Below are positions 1 to 7,372 of a DNA stretch of 40,268 nt, piece after piece (the stretch's first letter is position 1; each line of letters starts with the position of its first letter). The stretch comes from Bacillota bacterium (GTDB taxonomy: Bacteria; Bacillota; Clostridia; Christensenellales; UBA1242): positions 1 to 40,268 of the forward strand of contig WQZR01000001.1 in assembly GCA_009780625.1 (NCBI GenBank), given 5' to 3'. A program made the position numbers and the translations under genes. Under the pieces are notes generated by a model. It was given only the letters and a program-made list of their open reading frames with translations. It was not told where the DNA came from and ran no database searches.

Positions 1-2
1 AA

Positions 3-488
3 GATTTAAAGAGACTAAGCGAAATCAAAACAGAACTTGGCGAGGAAATCAAAAAAGTTAAAGCAGCCCTGATTGAGTTATGCGACTGGCAAGAAGGAAA
101 GTGTTTGTTTCAAAGACAACGTGGCTCAGCGTATACTTGTTGCACAACAACATTTGTCTGCAAACAACTTGATGAAGATAAAGGCTGCACACTAGACGAT
201 GAAGAAAGACCACTGCTTTGCGATTTATTTCTATGCGTTCCTGCAATTGAAGCATTGATGGAAAAAGTGAAAGCATTCAACAGTGGCGACGACAGTGTTA
301 GGGAAGAGTTGGACTTTCTAAAAGACTATATAAAGATGTGCATTTTGCTAAACAAAGAACAACTTCCAATATATAAAGAATATTTCGATGCAACAGTGAT
401 AAGAGAATGCAAAAACCCATGTGCAAAAAAATGCACAAAGCCATATCTAAAATCTGCTGAAGTTGTTGGCACTGGAGAATTTTTCTAG
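3..488 (+). CDS. Cys-rich hypothetical protein, 5'-truncated by the window edge (possibly a YkgJ/CxxCxxCC-type metal-chelating family)
   Basis: The frame of the 105-488 ORF stays open back to nt 3. Many Cys residues (CDWQEGKC, YTCC, C..ERPLLCDLFLC). Family guess is from motif memory only. Confidence 0.5.
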   Translation, partial: DLKRLSEIKTELGEEIKKVKAALIELCDWQEGKCLFQRQRGSAYTCCTTTFVCKQLDEDKGCTLDDEERPLLCDLFLCVPAIEALMEKVKAFNSGDDSVREELDFLKDYIKMCILLNKEQLPIYKEYFDATVIRECKNPCAKKCTKPYLKSAEVVGTGEFF

Positions 489-1249
489 TATAAAACTTCT
501 TCGAGGCAAAGACCCTTAGCATCAGCCGTTCCAATTCCATTGGTGCGGCTTTCTTTTTTTAGTGCGTTTTCTATGTCTTCTTTGGTAAGTTTGCCAAGTC
601 CAACATCAACAAGCGCTTGTGTCATAATTCTCACTTGGTTATGAAGAAAACTTCTTCCAGTGAAATATATTTTGATTATTGTAGGGGTCGCATCACCATG
701 CGACCCTGTTTCGAATCTTATATCTGTAAGTTTCCTCATATGGTCCGTCACTGCTGCTCCAGTCTTGCAAAAACTTTTAAAGTTTTTATAGCCAATCAAT
801 GAGGCAGAGGCTTCTTTCATTTTTTCTATGTCCAGTGGGCGTTTGATGTGCATTGCTGTGTCGCGTTCGAATGGGCACAAAACATCGCCGTTCCAAATTG
901 TGTAGGAATATGTTTTTGCCTTTGCTGAATATCTTGCCGAAAACTCTTTGTCTGCTTCTTCAACAGATAGAACTCTAATATCAGGTGGAAGCATTTGGTT
1001 TAAAGAAGTCTTTGCGTGTCCACAGTTTATTTTGTTTGAAGTAAAGAAATTCACGGTTTGCTTTTTTGCATGCACTCCAGAATCTGTTCTGCCAGAAGCA
1101 ACAACCGTCACCTTTTGTTGGCACACAGTTTCCAAAACAGTTTCCAAAACCCCTTGCACCGTTTTCTGTTTTGGTTGAATTTGAAAACCAGCATACCCCG
1201 TGCCGTCGAAACTTATAACCATCTTATGATTGAATTCAGATTTTTTCAT
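485..1249 (-). CDS. truA: tRNA pseudouridine(38-40) synthase TruA
   Basis: GRTDSGVHA catalytic motif, FLHNQVR motif, about 250 aa. Carries an in-frame REP insert (GSHGDATPT). Confidence 0.93.
   Translation of the reverse strand: MKKSEFNHKMVISFDGTGYAGFQIQPKQKTVQGVLETVLETVCQQKVTVVASGRTDSGVHAKKQTVNFFTSNKINCGHAKTSLNQMLPPDIRVLSVEEADKEFSARYSAKAKTYSYTIWNGDVLCPFERDTAMHIKRPLDIEKMKEASASLIGYKNFKSFCKTGAAVTDHMRKLTDIRFETGSHGDATPTIIKIYFTGRSFLHNQVRIMTQALVDVGLGKLTKEDIENALKKESRTNGIGTADAKGLCLEEVLY
681..706 (+). repeat. REP copy 1 (GTAGGGGTCGCATCACCATGCGACCC), inside truA, antisense to the gene
   Basis: GTAG plus a perfect 9-bp stem GGGTCGCAT/ATGCGACCC with loop CACC. The 30-mer 681-710 is identical to 9611-9640. 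Confidence 0.9.
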
Positions 1250-1268
1250 TATTTCTCATTATAGCATA

Positions 1269-1297
1269 TTGACAAACGCAAGATATGGCTATAAGAT
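1269..1297 (+). promoter_or_regulatory. Sigma-A-like promoter TTGACA-17-TAAGAT, 6 nt before the ATG at 1304 (leaderless candidate)
   Basis: Hexamers read directly. No SD between the -10 box and the ATG. Confidence 0.5.
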
Positions 1298-1303
1298 AGC
1301 AAT

Positions 1304-2425
1304 ATGAAAATTTATTTTAATCAAGATTGGCTAGATGGAAAAGGGCATGGTTCCGAAGACGCATGCAAATTCTTTTCTAAACACAGAATGGAGTTGTTCA
1401 ATGCCCTAAAAGAATCAACGCCACACGAATACATCACAGACAAAAAACTTATAGACGAAGACACAATCTTCTTCACTTCAACAATCGACAGCGAATTTGA
1501 CATGGGCGAATATAGCAAAATAGTTGAGGAAGAAAGAAAAGCAATTGACAAAATTCTTAAAACAAGTGAAATCAAACGCCCAAAGACGGCTTCCTTTTGG
1601 GAGTTTCTCGATAAGCCTTTCTTTCCAGTTATTGCCAAAAGCGAAATGCTGAACGCTGGAATGGATAAAATTCTTATTGAAAACAGAGAACAACTTGTTC
1701 CGTTCTTTGCTTTATATCAATATCTTAAAGAAGAAAAAATGGCTCTTTCAAAAAATGGAGGAACAATCACATATAAACATTTCGAAGAAATGGTTTTCCA
1801 GCAATATATTGAAACACCAAGCGAATATAACACTTCGCTTAGAGTCTACATCACAGGAGACCTTTCAATTGAAGCAGCAACAATCGAATATGGAAAGCCT
1901 GGCAAGAAAGAAATAAGAACACCGCTTGAGGGACTTATTCATGATTCACGAAGCCCGTTTTTTATAAACAACAAAAGCGTGACATCAAACTCAGAATGTG
2001 GCGGAGATAATATTGTTATTGGTAAAGATGTTGGCTATTCAAAAAAAGATAAAGAAATTTTGAAAGCTCATGGGTTTGACCCGCAGAATTGTGTTCTTCC
2101 AAAAGAACTAGAAGACATTTCAAAACGTATTATGAAAGGTTGTGCAAAGTTTCTAGGAATTGTTGCAGGGTTCGATTTCATTCTAAACAACGCCGACAAA
2201 AAGTGGTATTTTCTTGAAGTAGGCGGAAACCCAACACCGCACGACTATTCTTTGGTTCACGGACTAGGCTATAGCCCAACAGACAACACAATAAAAAATG
2301 TGACAAAGAGTGTGCAGATTGATTTGAAAGTGAGAACCGAAGCACTTGCAGAAATGATTTATCAAAGAAAAGAATCATTGAAGAAAAAACAAGCAAAGAA
2401 GAAACCAACAGAAGTGACAGCATAA
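1304..2425 (+). CDS. Hypothetical protein with an ATP-grasp-like C-terminal half
   Basis: LRVYITGD and GFDFILNNADKKWYFLEVGGNPTP resemble ATP-grasp strand motifs. N-terminal half not recognised. Confidence 0.5.
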   Translation: MKIYFNQDWLDGKGHGSEDACKFFSKHRMELFNALKESTPHEYITDKKLIDEDTIFFTSTIDSEFDMGEYSKIVEEERKAIDKILKTSEIKRPKTASFWEFLDKPFFPVIAKSEMLNAGMDKILIENREQLVPFFALYQYLKEEKMALSKNGGTITYKHFEEMVFQQYIETPSEYNTSLRVYITGDLSIEAATIEYGKPGKKEIRTPLEGLIHDSRSPFFINNKSVTSNSECGGDNIVIGKDVGYSKKDKEILKAHGFDPQNCVLPKELEDISKRIMKGCAKFLGIVAGFDFILNNADKKWYFLEVGGNPTPHDYSLVHGLGYSPTDNTIKNVTKSVQIDLKVRTEALAEMIYQRKESLKKKQAKKKPTEVTA

Positions 2426-2426
2426 A

Positions 2427-2456
2427 ACGCAAGAAAAAAACACTTGCGTTTTTTTA
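2427..2456 (+). terminator. Rho-independent terminator after 1304-2425
   Basis: ACGCAAG...CTTGCGT stem plus a T-run. Confidence 0.7.
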
Positions 2457-2472
2457 TGCGATAAGGTATAAT
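2444..2472 (+). promoter_or_regulatory. Promoter TTGCGT-17-TATAAT for rplM-rpsI, giving a leader of about 130 nt
   Basis: Hexamers read directly. The -35 overlaps the 3' arm of the upstream terminator. Confidence 0.5.
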
Positions 2473-2608
2473 CGCTAAGCGCTTAAAAGCATTTTTTTAT
2501 TAGCCCATAAGAAAGTGTCACAATAAGGGGAAACCCGCGCAGGAGAAAATCCACACCAGCATATGAAATGTTTATGCTGAGATTTAAAAAAGAGGAGAAA
2601 AAAGGAAA

Positions 2609-3058
2609 ATGAACAAAACAACAAAAATGGCAAACCCACAAACAGTTGTAAGAGAATGGCATGTTGTAGATGCAAGTGATATTCCACTAGGACGTCTTGC
2701 AAGCCAAATCGCTCAACTTCTTCGTGGAAAACACAAACCAACATTCACTCCACACACAGATTGTGGCGACTTTGTGGTTGTGCTAAACACAGACAAAATT
2801 GTTTTGACAGGTGCAAAACTAACAGACAAGTTTCACTACAGACCGTCAAGATACCCAGGCAACATGAAGCAAATTCAATATAAAGAACTTCTTGCAGAAA
2901 GAAGCGACTATATGCTTTGGCTTGCAGTAAAAAGAATGGTTCCAAACACAAGGCTTAGAGACGACCAAATGAACAGAATGAAAGCGTTCAAAGGTGCAGA
3001 ACACACTCACCAAGCTCAACAGCCAAAACCAAGAAAACTAGTGGGAGGAAGAAGATAG
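2609..3058 (+). CDS. rplM: 50S ribosomal protein L13
   Basis: [53 protein letters not shown] upstream. An alternative start at 2627 is possible. Confidence 0.95.
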   Translation: MNKTTKMANPQTVVREWHVVDASDIPLGRLASQIAQLLRGKHKPTFTPHTDCGDFVVVLNTDKIVLTGAKLTDKFHYRPSRYPGNMKQIQYKELLAERSDYMLWLAVKRMVPNTRLRDDQMNRMKAFKGAEHTHQAQQPKPRKLVGGRR

Positions 3059-3059
3059 T

Positions 3060-3461
3060 ATGAAAATAGTAAACAAACAAAAATTCTTCTGGGGAACTGG
3101 AAGAAGAAAGAAAGCAGTTGCAAGAGTTAGAATCGTTGGCGGCGGAGCAGGAAAGATTGAAATCAACCAAAAAGATATTAAAGAATATTTCCTAAACGAC
3201 ATCTTAAAGCAAATCGTAAACCAACCACTTGTGCTTACTGGAGAAAAAGTTGACGTTTTTGTAAACGTTAAAGGTGGCGGACTTACAGGACAAGCAGGCG
3301 CAATCAGACACGGGCTATCAAGAGCGCTTATCAAGTTCAACGAGTCGCTTAAACCAGAGCTTAAGAAAGCAGGATATCTAACAAGAGACCCAAGAGCGAA
3401 AGAGCGTAAAAAATATGGTCTTAAAGCAGCAAGAAAAGCTCCACAATTCTCAAAACGTTAA
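3060..3461 (+). CDS. rpsI: 30S ribosomal protein S9
   Basis: [19 protein letters not shown]...[35 protein letters not shown], coupled to rplM. Confidence 0.96.
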   Translation: MKIVNKQKFFWGTGRRKKAVARVRIVGGGAGKIEINQKDIKEYFLNDILKQIVNQPLVLTGEKVDVFVNVKGGGLTGQAGAIRHGLSRALIKFNESLKPELKKAGYLTRDPRAKERKKYGLKAARKAPQFSKR

Positions 3462-3467
3462 TACACA

Positions 3468-3494
3468 AAAAAATGCCTTTCGGCATTTTTTTTG
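3468..3494 (+). terminator. Rho-independent terminator after rpsI
   Basis: AAATGCC-TTTC-GGCATTT plus T8. Confidence 0.8.
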
Positions 3495-3501
3495 TTATAC
3501 T
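3493..3501 (+). promoter_or_regulatory. Extended -10 TGtTATACT, 6 nt before the ATG at 3508 (leaderless candidate)
   Basis: Read directly. No SD. Confidence 0.45.
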
Positions 3502-3507
3502 ATATAT

Positions 3508-3828
3508 ATGAATGCAAAACAGAAGTTGCAAGTTCTAACAAGAATTATTGGAATACTCAGCGGAGTGGTGTATTTTGTTGCCGGCGTACTGCTGATTATT
3601 TTTGGAATATACTTCAGCCTAGACTATCTATGGACAATCGGAATAATTGTCACAATCTTTGGAATTATTCACATAATCTTGTTTTCGCTTTCAATTCCAG
3701 ATTCGAACAGATTTGCAATCAAAGCCATGGGCTTTGGTTTCCTCACCGGAAACATTCTTATTCTCATTCTTTCACTAATCATTTTCTTCCTTCAAGACGA
3801 AGAGAATAAGAAAGATATAAAAGGATAA
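3508..3828 (+). CDS. Small integral membrane protein, paralog A (about 106 aa, 3 predicted TM)
   Basis: The long ORF 3415-3828 overlaps rpsI. The internal ATG at 3508 follows the rpsI terminator and a TGtTATACT box. Shares G.(I/V)HI..F...FA....(L/F)(T/V)G(N/S)...SI....(K/Q)D.E with 3833-4150 and 4845-5159. Confidence 0.7.
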   Translation: MNAKQKLQVLTRIIGILSGVVYFVAGVLLIIFGIYFSLDYLWTIGIIVTIFGIIHIILFSLSIPDSNRFAIKAMGFGFLTGNILILILSLIIFFLQDEENKKDIKG

Positions 3829-3832
3829 TTCT

Positions 3833-4150
3833 ATGAAAAAAGATTTAAGGTTTCTAACCAACTTGTTCTATTTAATCAACGGGGGCATATGTGTGCTTTC
3901 AGGACTTGTTTCAATAATTGTAGGTATTGTTTACTATATTGGAGACGATTTGCTTTGGTCTACAATTTTAATTCCTTCAGGAAGTATTATTGCGGTGGTT
4001 GGTTTTGTGCATATAATTTTTTTCCTCGCTCTAATGACAACCAAAACAAAAACATTTGCAATCGCATCTACGATAATCAGCTATTTGACAGGCAATATTT
4101 TTATATTTGTTCTTTCAATCGCAACCCTCATTGCAAAAGATACTGAATAA
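3833..4150 (+). CDS. Small integral membrane protein, paralog B
   Basis: 105 aa and hydrophobic. Aligns by eye with paralogs A and C. Confidence 0.75.
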   Translation: MKKDLRFLTNLFYLINGGICVLSGLVSIIVGIVYYIGDDLLWSTILIPSGSIIAVVGFVHIIFFLALMTTKTKTFAIASTIISYLTGNIFIFVLSIATLIAKDTE

Positions 4151-4155
4151 AAAAT

Positions 4156-4181
4156 AAACGCCGCTGGCGTTTTTATTTTTT
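4156..4181. terminator. Bidirectional terminator between membrane paralog B and the RAYT gene
   Basis: ACGCC-GCT-GGCGT flanked by A- and T-runs. Confidence 0.65.
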
Positions 4182-4760
4182 ATAAACAAAATAGAAATCA
4201 GTCAGCCAGTTGACAGGGTTATTTTGAATATACTGCCTTGTTTCATTCAACTCTTTTTTATTTCTGATTATTCTTTCATAATAGTTTCGCTGGAAGAATT
4301 TGTATTTTGCATCTATTGTGCAATTTGATTTGAAGTGATGAATAATTTGGCCTAGTGAAATCGTAGGGGTCGCACCTGAGAGCGACCCGTTGTGTAAAAT
4401 TTGAATAATCATGTGAATATGATTTGGCATGATTACAAAGGAATCAATCTTATATCTTTTGCTAGTTTCATTTATACGGTTTATTCTACCTAGTATTATT
4501 TTTCCTAGTGATGACAATTTGATTTGCGGGTCGCTCTCAGGTGCGACCCCTACATTTCCTCGAATTCCGTATTTTAACTCGTGTTCGGTAGGCATCAAAA
4601 CCTCGCTCAAAATGCAATGCCCGTCTTGAACACAAATAACCACATGATAAAACCGCGGCTCTTTATAGTCGAAACTTTTCAATCTGACATCTTTTCTTAC
4701 GGGCAATCCGCTTGCTTGTCCTCTAAGTTCTCTTTCAGTCATAAATCTATTATAGTACAT
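4173..4760 (-). CDS. REP-associated tyrosine transposase (RAYT / TnpA_REP, IS200-like Y1 HUH enzyme)
   Basis: VRLKSFDYKEPRFYHVVICV N-terminus, HUH motif MPNHIHMII, C-terminal FQRNYYERIIRN...YIQNNPVNW. Contains two in-frame REP copies. Confidence 0.85.
   Translation of the reverse strand: MYYNRFMTERELRGQASGLPVRKDVRLKSFDYKEPRFYHVVICVQDGHCILSEVLMPTEHELKYGIRGNVGVAPESDPQIKLSSLGKIILGRINRINETSKRYKIDSFVIMPNHIHMIIQILHNGSLSGATPTISLGQIIHHFKSNCTIDAKYKFFQRNYYERIIRNKKELNETRQYIQNNPVNWLTDFYFVYKK
4363..4388 (+). repeat. REP copy 2 (GTAGGGGTCGCACCTGAGAGCGACCC), inside the RAYT gene
   Basis: Read directly. Encodes GSLSGATPT in the RAYT frame. Confidence 0.9.
4528..4553 (-). repeat. REP copy 3, exact reverse complement of copy 2, inside the RAYT gene
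   Basis: GGGTCGCTCTCAGGTGCGACCCCTAC on the + strand. Encodes VGVAPESDP in the RAYT frame. Confidence 0.9.
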
Positions 4761-4793
4761 TTGTTCTAAATATCAAAGCAGATGTAAAACGCT

Positions 4794-4820
4794 TTGAATT
4801 TTTCGGGGGGGGGGTAGAAT
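4794..4820 (+). promoter_or_regulatory. Promoter TTGAAT / 15-nt spacer containing G10 / TAGAAT upstream of membrane paralog C
   Basis: G run at 4805-4814 counted from the sequence. The spacer is 2 nt shorter than the 17-nt optimum. Confidence 0.5.
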
Positions 4821-4844
4821 TAAGTGATTGGAAGGAGATTAGAC

Positions 4845-5159
4845 ATGAAAGAAAAATTACATGATTTAACTGTACTGTTTTGGTTGCTTTGCGGAATATT
4901 ATACATACTAACAGCGGTCGTATTGATAATAATAAATTTTAATTCTGCGACTGACGCTTTTGGTGCTTGGGGTTTTAGTATTTTAGTACTTGGTGCTGTG
5001 CACATATTGTTTTATCTTTTTAGGACTCTAGACTGGAACAAGTTTGCAAAAACATCTATAATTGTAAGTTTCTTTGTTGGCAGTGCCTTAATCTTTAGCT
5101 TTTCAATAGCGCTGTATCTAGCAAAAGATTCAGAAGAACTGAATAAAAAAAATACTTAG
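4845..5159 (+). CDS. Small integral membrane protein, paralog C
   Basis: SD GGAAGGAG at 4830-4837, 7 nt before the ATG at 4845 (the track starts at GTG 4824). Paralogous to 3508-3828 and 3833-4150. Confidence 0.7.
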   Translation: MKEKLHDLTVLFWLLCGILYILTAVVLIIINFNSATDAFGAWGFSILVLGAVHILFYLFRTLDWNKFAKTSIIVSFFVGSALIFSFSIALYLAKDSEELNKKNT

Positions 5160-5174
5160 ACAAAAAATACTTCT

Positions 5175-5702
5175 ATGAAAAGCGGAATTATCAGAAGGGT
5201 GGACGACCTCGGTCGTATTGTCATTCCAAAAGAAATCAGAAGAAGCCTAAAAATCAAGACGGGTGCGCCGCTTGAAATTTCTTTGGTGGGCGAAGAAGAA
5301 CTGTCGCTAAGACGCGTGGACAGTCTTCTTTCTGTTGTCATAAACCCCGATGGTTTTGCCAGCACAGTTGCAGAATTTTCTGGCTGTTCAATCATCATCG
5401 TAAACGACAGTGAAGTTTCTGCTCTCTCTGGTTTCAAAAAAAGCATGATTGGTCTGCCAATCACAAATAAACTGATTTCGCATCTAGAAAACAGGGAGCA
5501 AATCACCATCACAGCAACCCTCGAAGCCCTGATTGAAAGAAGCCCAATTGAACACAATGCTGTGGCAACAATCATCATAGAGCCCCTGATTAACGATTCC
5601 AGCGTCCTTGGTGGCATTGTGGCAGTATGCTTGGACATAAAAAAGGTGGAAGAAGTTAAAACAATTTTAAGATATACAAGTGCTTTAGTTCGAGTTTTTT
5701 AG
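5175..5702 (+). CDS. spoVT: Stage V sporulation protein T (AbrB/SpoVT-type regulator with a GAF-like C-terminal domain)
   Basis: N-terminus GIIRRVDDLGRIVIPKEIRRSLKIKTGAPLEI is the SpoVT/AbrB swapped-hairpin motif. Length of 175 aa matches SpoVT rather than AbrB. Confidence 0.85.
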   Translation: MKSGIIRRVDDLGRIVIPKEIRRSLKIKTGAPLEISLVGEEELSLRRVDSLLSVVINPDGFASTVAEFSGCSIIIVNDSEVSALSGFKKSMIGLPITNKLISHLENREQITITATLEALIERSPIEHNAVATIIIEPLINDSSVLGGIVAVCLDIKKVEEVKTILRYTSALVRVF

Positions 5703-5710
5703 ACAAATAG

Positions 5711-5722
5711 TGCTATTATAAT
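5711..5722 (+). promoter_or_regulatory. TGcTATTATAAT -10 region, 5 nt before the ATG at 5728 (leaderless candidate)
   Basis: Read directly. No SD. Confidence 0.4.
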
Positions 5723-5727
5723 AGTAG

Positions 5728-6810
5728 ATGGAAGAGAGAATAAAAAAAGTTCTATTTGATTCTTCAATGCTTTGCGACATGCTAGACGATTCTAAACCAG
5801 AACTTCGAGACGCAGCGCAAGACTTTTTTCTATATCTAATCAAAAACCCACATAGATTTGAACTTTGTGTTTGCGACACCGTTAGAGGTGAAATCAGCAA
5901 CATGAGATTTGGAATCAGAAAACACGAAGCCCACATGACAGACGAAGAAAGAGCAAGAAAGCATATGGGTGAAAGAGCAGAATCAATTCTTAAGGGAACA
6001 AACTTTGGTGGCGTTGAATATAAGTTTAACGATTTGGCGGAGAACCACGACGTTGTTGCTCTAAGACGAGCTTTCAGAGAAGCCGGAGTGCCACCAGTTA
6101 GACACGATAAAACAGACGACGACCACGATAACGACAGAACAATTGCAGCAGTTGCGTTGACTCACGGTTGCCATATGATTGCTTCACACGATTTTAGAGA
6201 TATGGTGAACAACGGTTCGGACTTTAGAAGAGTCTATGGTCAGTTTCTTGGAAATGAGAATTTCACAAAAACAAAGTTTGCAAACGCAAACCAAGCTTTG
6301 GAAGGTTTTGTTAAAGAAGACGATTTATATCTAACAACATATAGAGAAGAGTTTCAAAGATGTCTTGGTGTGATTAAACAAAAACAAGAAGAAATTGAAG
6401 GTACAGAATGCGAAATTGAAAAAGGCATGAAAAAAGCAGACCTGAATGAAAGTTATGAATATGTAAACGGAAAGAGATATAAGCAAAGAAGAGATGAAAG
6501 ACCAGAGTTTGACAAACTTCTAAAAATTCAAGCGAATAGAGCAATGCACAGAAAGCATATAGATGAAATGGAAAATGCTTACTATAATACCTATGGTGAC
6601 GAAATCTATAACTCCAAACGTGCGGAACTGGCAGGAAAAACTGCTCCGTCTGAAAAACGCCTTTCAGAATTGATGAAAATGCGAAGAGACATTATAGACG
6701 GGCCAGTGCTTAGCAAAGGAAAAAAACTTAACACATTGAATGTTGGTGGCGGCTCTCAAACAACAAAAGGTGTTTCGGTGGATGGAAATAAAGGAATAGG
6801 TGAGGTTTAG
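5728..6810 (+). CDS. PIN-like domain protein with a long charged C-terminal extension
   Basis: VLFDSSML (first Asp), CDTVRGE, DNDRTIAAVALTHGCHMIASHDFRDM fit the PIN acidic-residue layout. The C-terminal ~190 aa are not recognised. Confidence 0.5.
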   Translation: MEERIKKVLFDSSMLCDMLDDSKPELRDAAQDFFLYLIKNPHRFELCVCDTVRGEISNMRFGIRKHEAHMTDEERARKHMGERAESILKGTNFGGVEYKFNDLAENHDVVALRRAFREAGVPPVRHDKTDDDHDNDRTIAAVALTHGCHMIASHDFRDMVNNGSDFRRVYGQFLGNENFTKTKFANANQALEGFVKEDDLYLTTYREEFQRCLGVIKQKQEEIEGTECEIEKGMKKADLNESYEYVNGKRYKQRRDERPEFDKLLKIQANRAMHRKHIDEMENAYYNTYGDEIYNSKRAELAGKTAPSEKRLSELMKMRRDIIDGPVLSKGKKLNTLNVGGGSQTTKGVSVDGNKGIGEV

Positions 6811-7260
6811 GTGATAGATAAAAGAGATATATTTATTGAAATAGTTGAAAGAAATAAGAAGAAGTTTAACACTGAAGATATTTCCAGCCCAGAAATCAGA
6901 AAAGCAATCATGAAAGAATATGATGCTGCAATAAAAGCACGCGTGCAAAAGGAATATACAATAGACGAGATTTTTACAGAGCAGGGAATGGAAGCACAAA
7001 TGGAATTTGAGGAAATGCTTTCAACAGATTCACACTATCAACAAAAACTGAGAGATGAAAAGAATATAAGAAAAAACAGAATAGCAGAAGTTGGCGAGGA
7101 AGCATATGAAAAAGAAAGAATGGTTGCAGCAGAAAACCGCCTTCAAGAACTTGCAAACGAAACAGGTGTGCCTAGGGAAATGATTATCAGCAGAACACAA
7201 AAGAAAGTTTTCCACCCAGGGCAAAAGAAACCAACAATTGTAGACATTAAATCAGCTTAA
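6811..7260 (+). CDS. Hypothetical charged (coiled-coil-like) protein, translationally coupled to 5728-6810
   Basis: GTG start immediately after the upstream TAG. GGTGAGG SD-like at 6798-6804. Confidence 0.45.
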   Translation: MIDKRDIFIEIVERNKKKFNTEDISSPEIRKAIMKEYDAAIKARVQKEYTIDEIFTEQGMEAQMEFEEMLSTDSHYQQKLRDEKNIRKNRIAEVGEEAYEKERMVAAENRLQELANETGVPREMIISRTQKKVFHPGQKKPTIVDIKSA

Positions 7261-7310
7261 AACATTAATTAAAAAAACGACATAAACAGTAAAAAAAGCG
7301 ACTAAAACGT

Positions 7311-7339
7311 TTGACGGTTGCCAGAACTTTTGTTATACT
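7311..7339 (+). promoter_or_regulatory. Promoter TTGACG-17-TGtTATACT for degV
   Basis: Read directly. Confidence 0.55.
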
Positions 7340-7372
7340 CAAATATTCATATTGAATAGAGGAGAAATTTAA

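Noticed and set aside
617-802. Short + strand ORFs that read through REP copies (for example 617-802 CRGRITMRPC, 4429-4629, 9526-9864, 25960-26145)
   Set aside because: They are shadow ORFs opposite or overlapping well-supported genes (truA, RAYT, ORF 9344, the ATPase). The REP is open in several frames, which artificially lengthens such ORFs.
3415-3828. The full-length track ORFs 3415-3828, 37571-38944, 38889-39809 and 21289-21876 taken as genes
   Set aside because: Their 5' parts overlap the preceding gene or terminator. Internal ATGs at 3508, 37709, 38949 and 21304 fit the promoter, SD or coupling signals better.
4805-4814. Treating the G10 run as certainly biological
   Set aside because: This is not rejected as a finding, but poly-G runs can be sequencing or assembly artefacts on some platforms. 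The interpretation stays conditional on read-level support.
5156-5638. Long antisense ORFs opposite spoVT, the giant lipoprotein (15700-16035, 16066-16341, 16474-16917), the GGGtGRT gene (35290-35553, 35796-36036), the MFS gene and gpmI
   Set aside because: They have no SD or promoter and an atypical composition. Each lies fully inside a gene with clear family motifs on the other strand.
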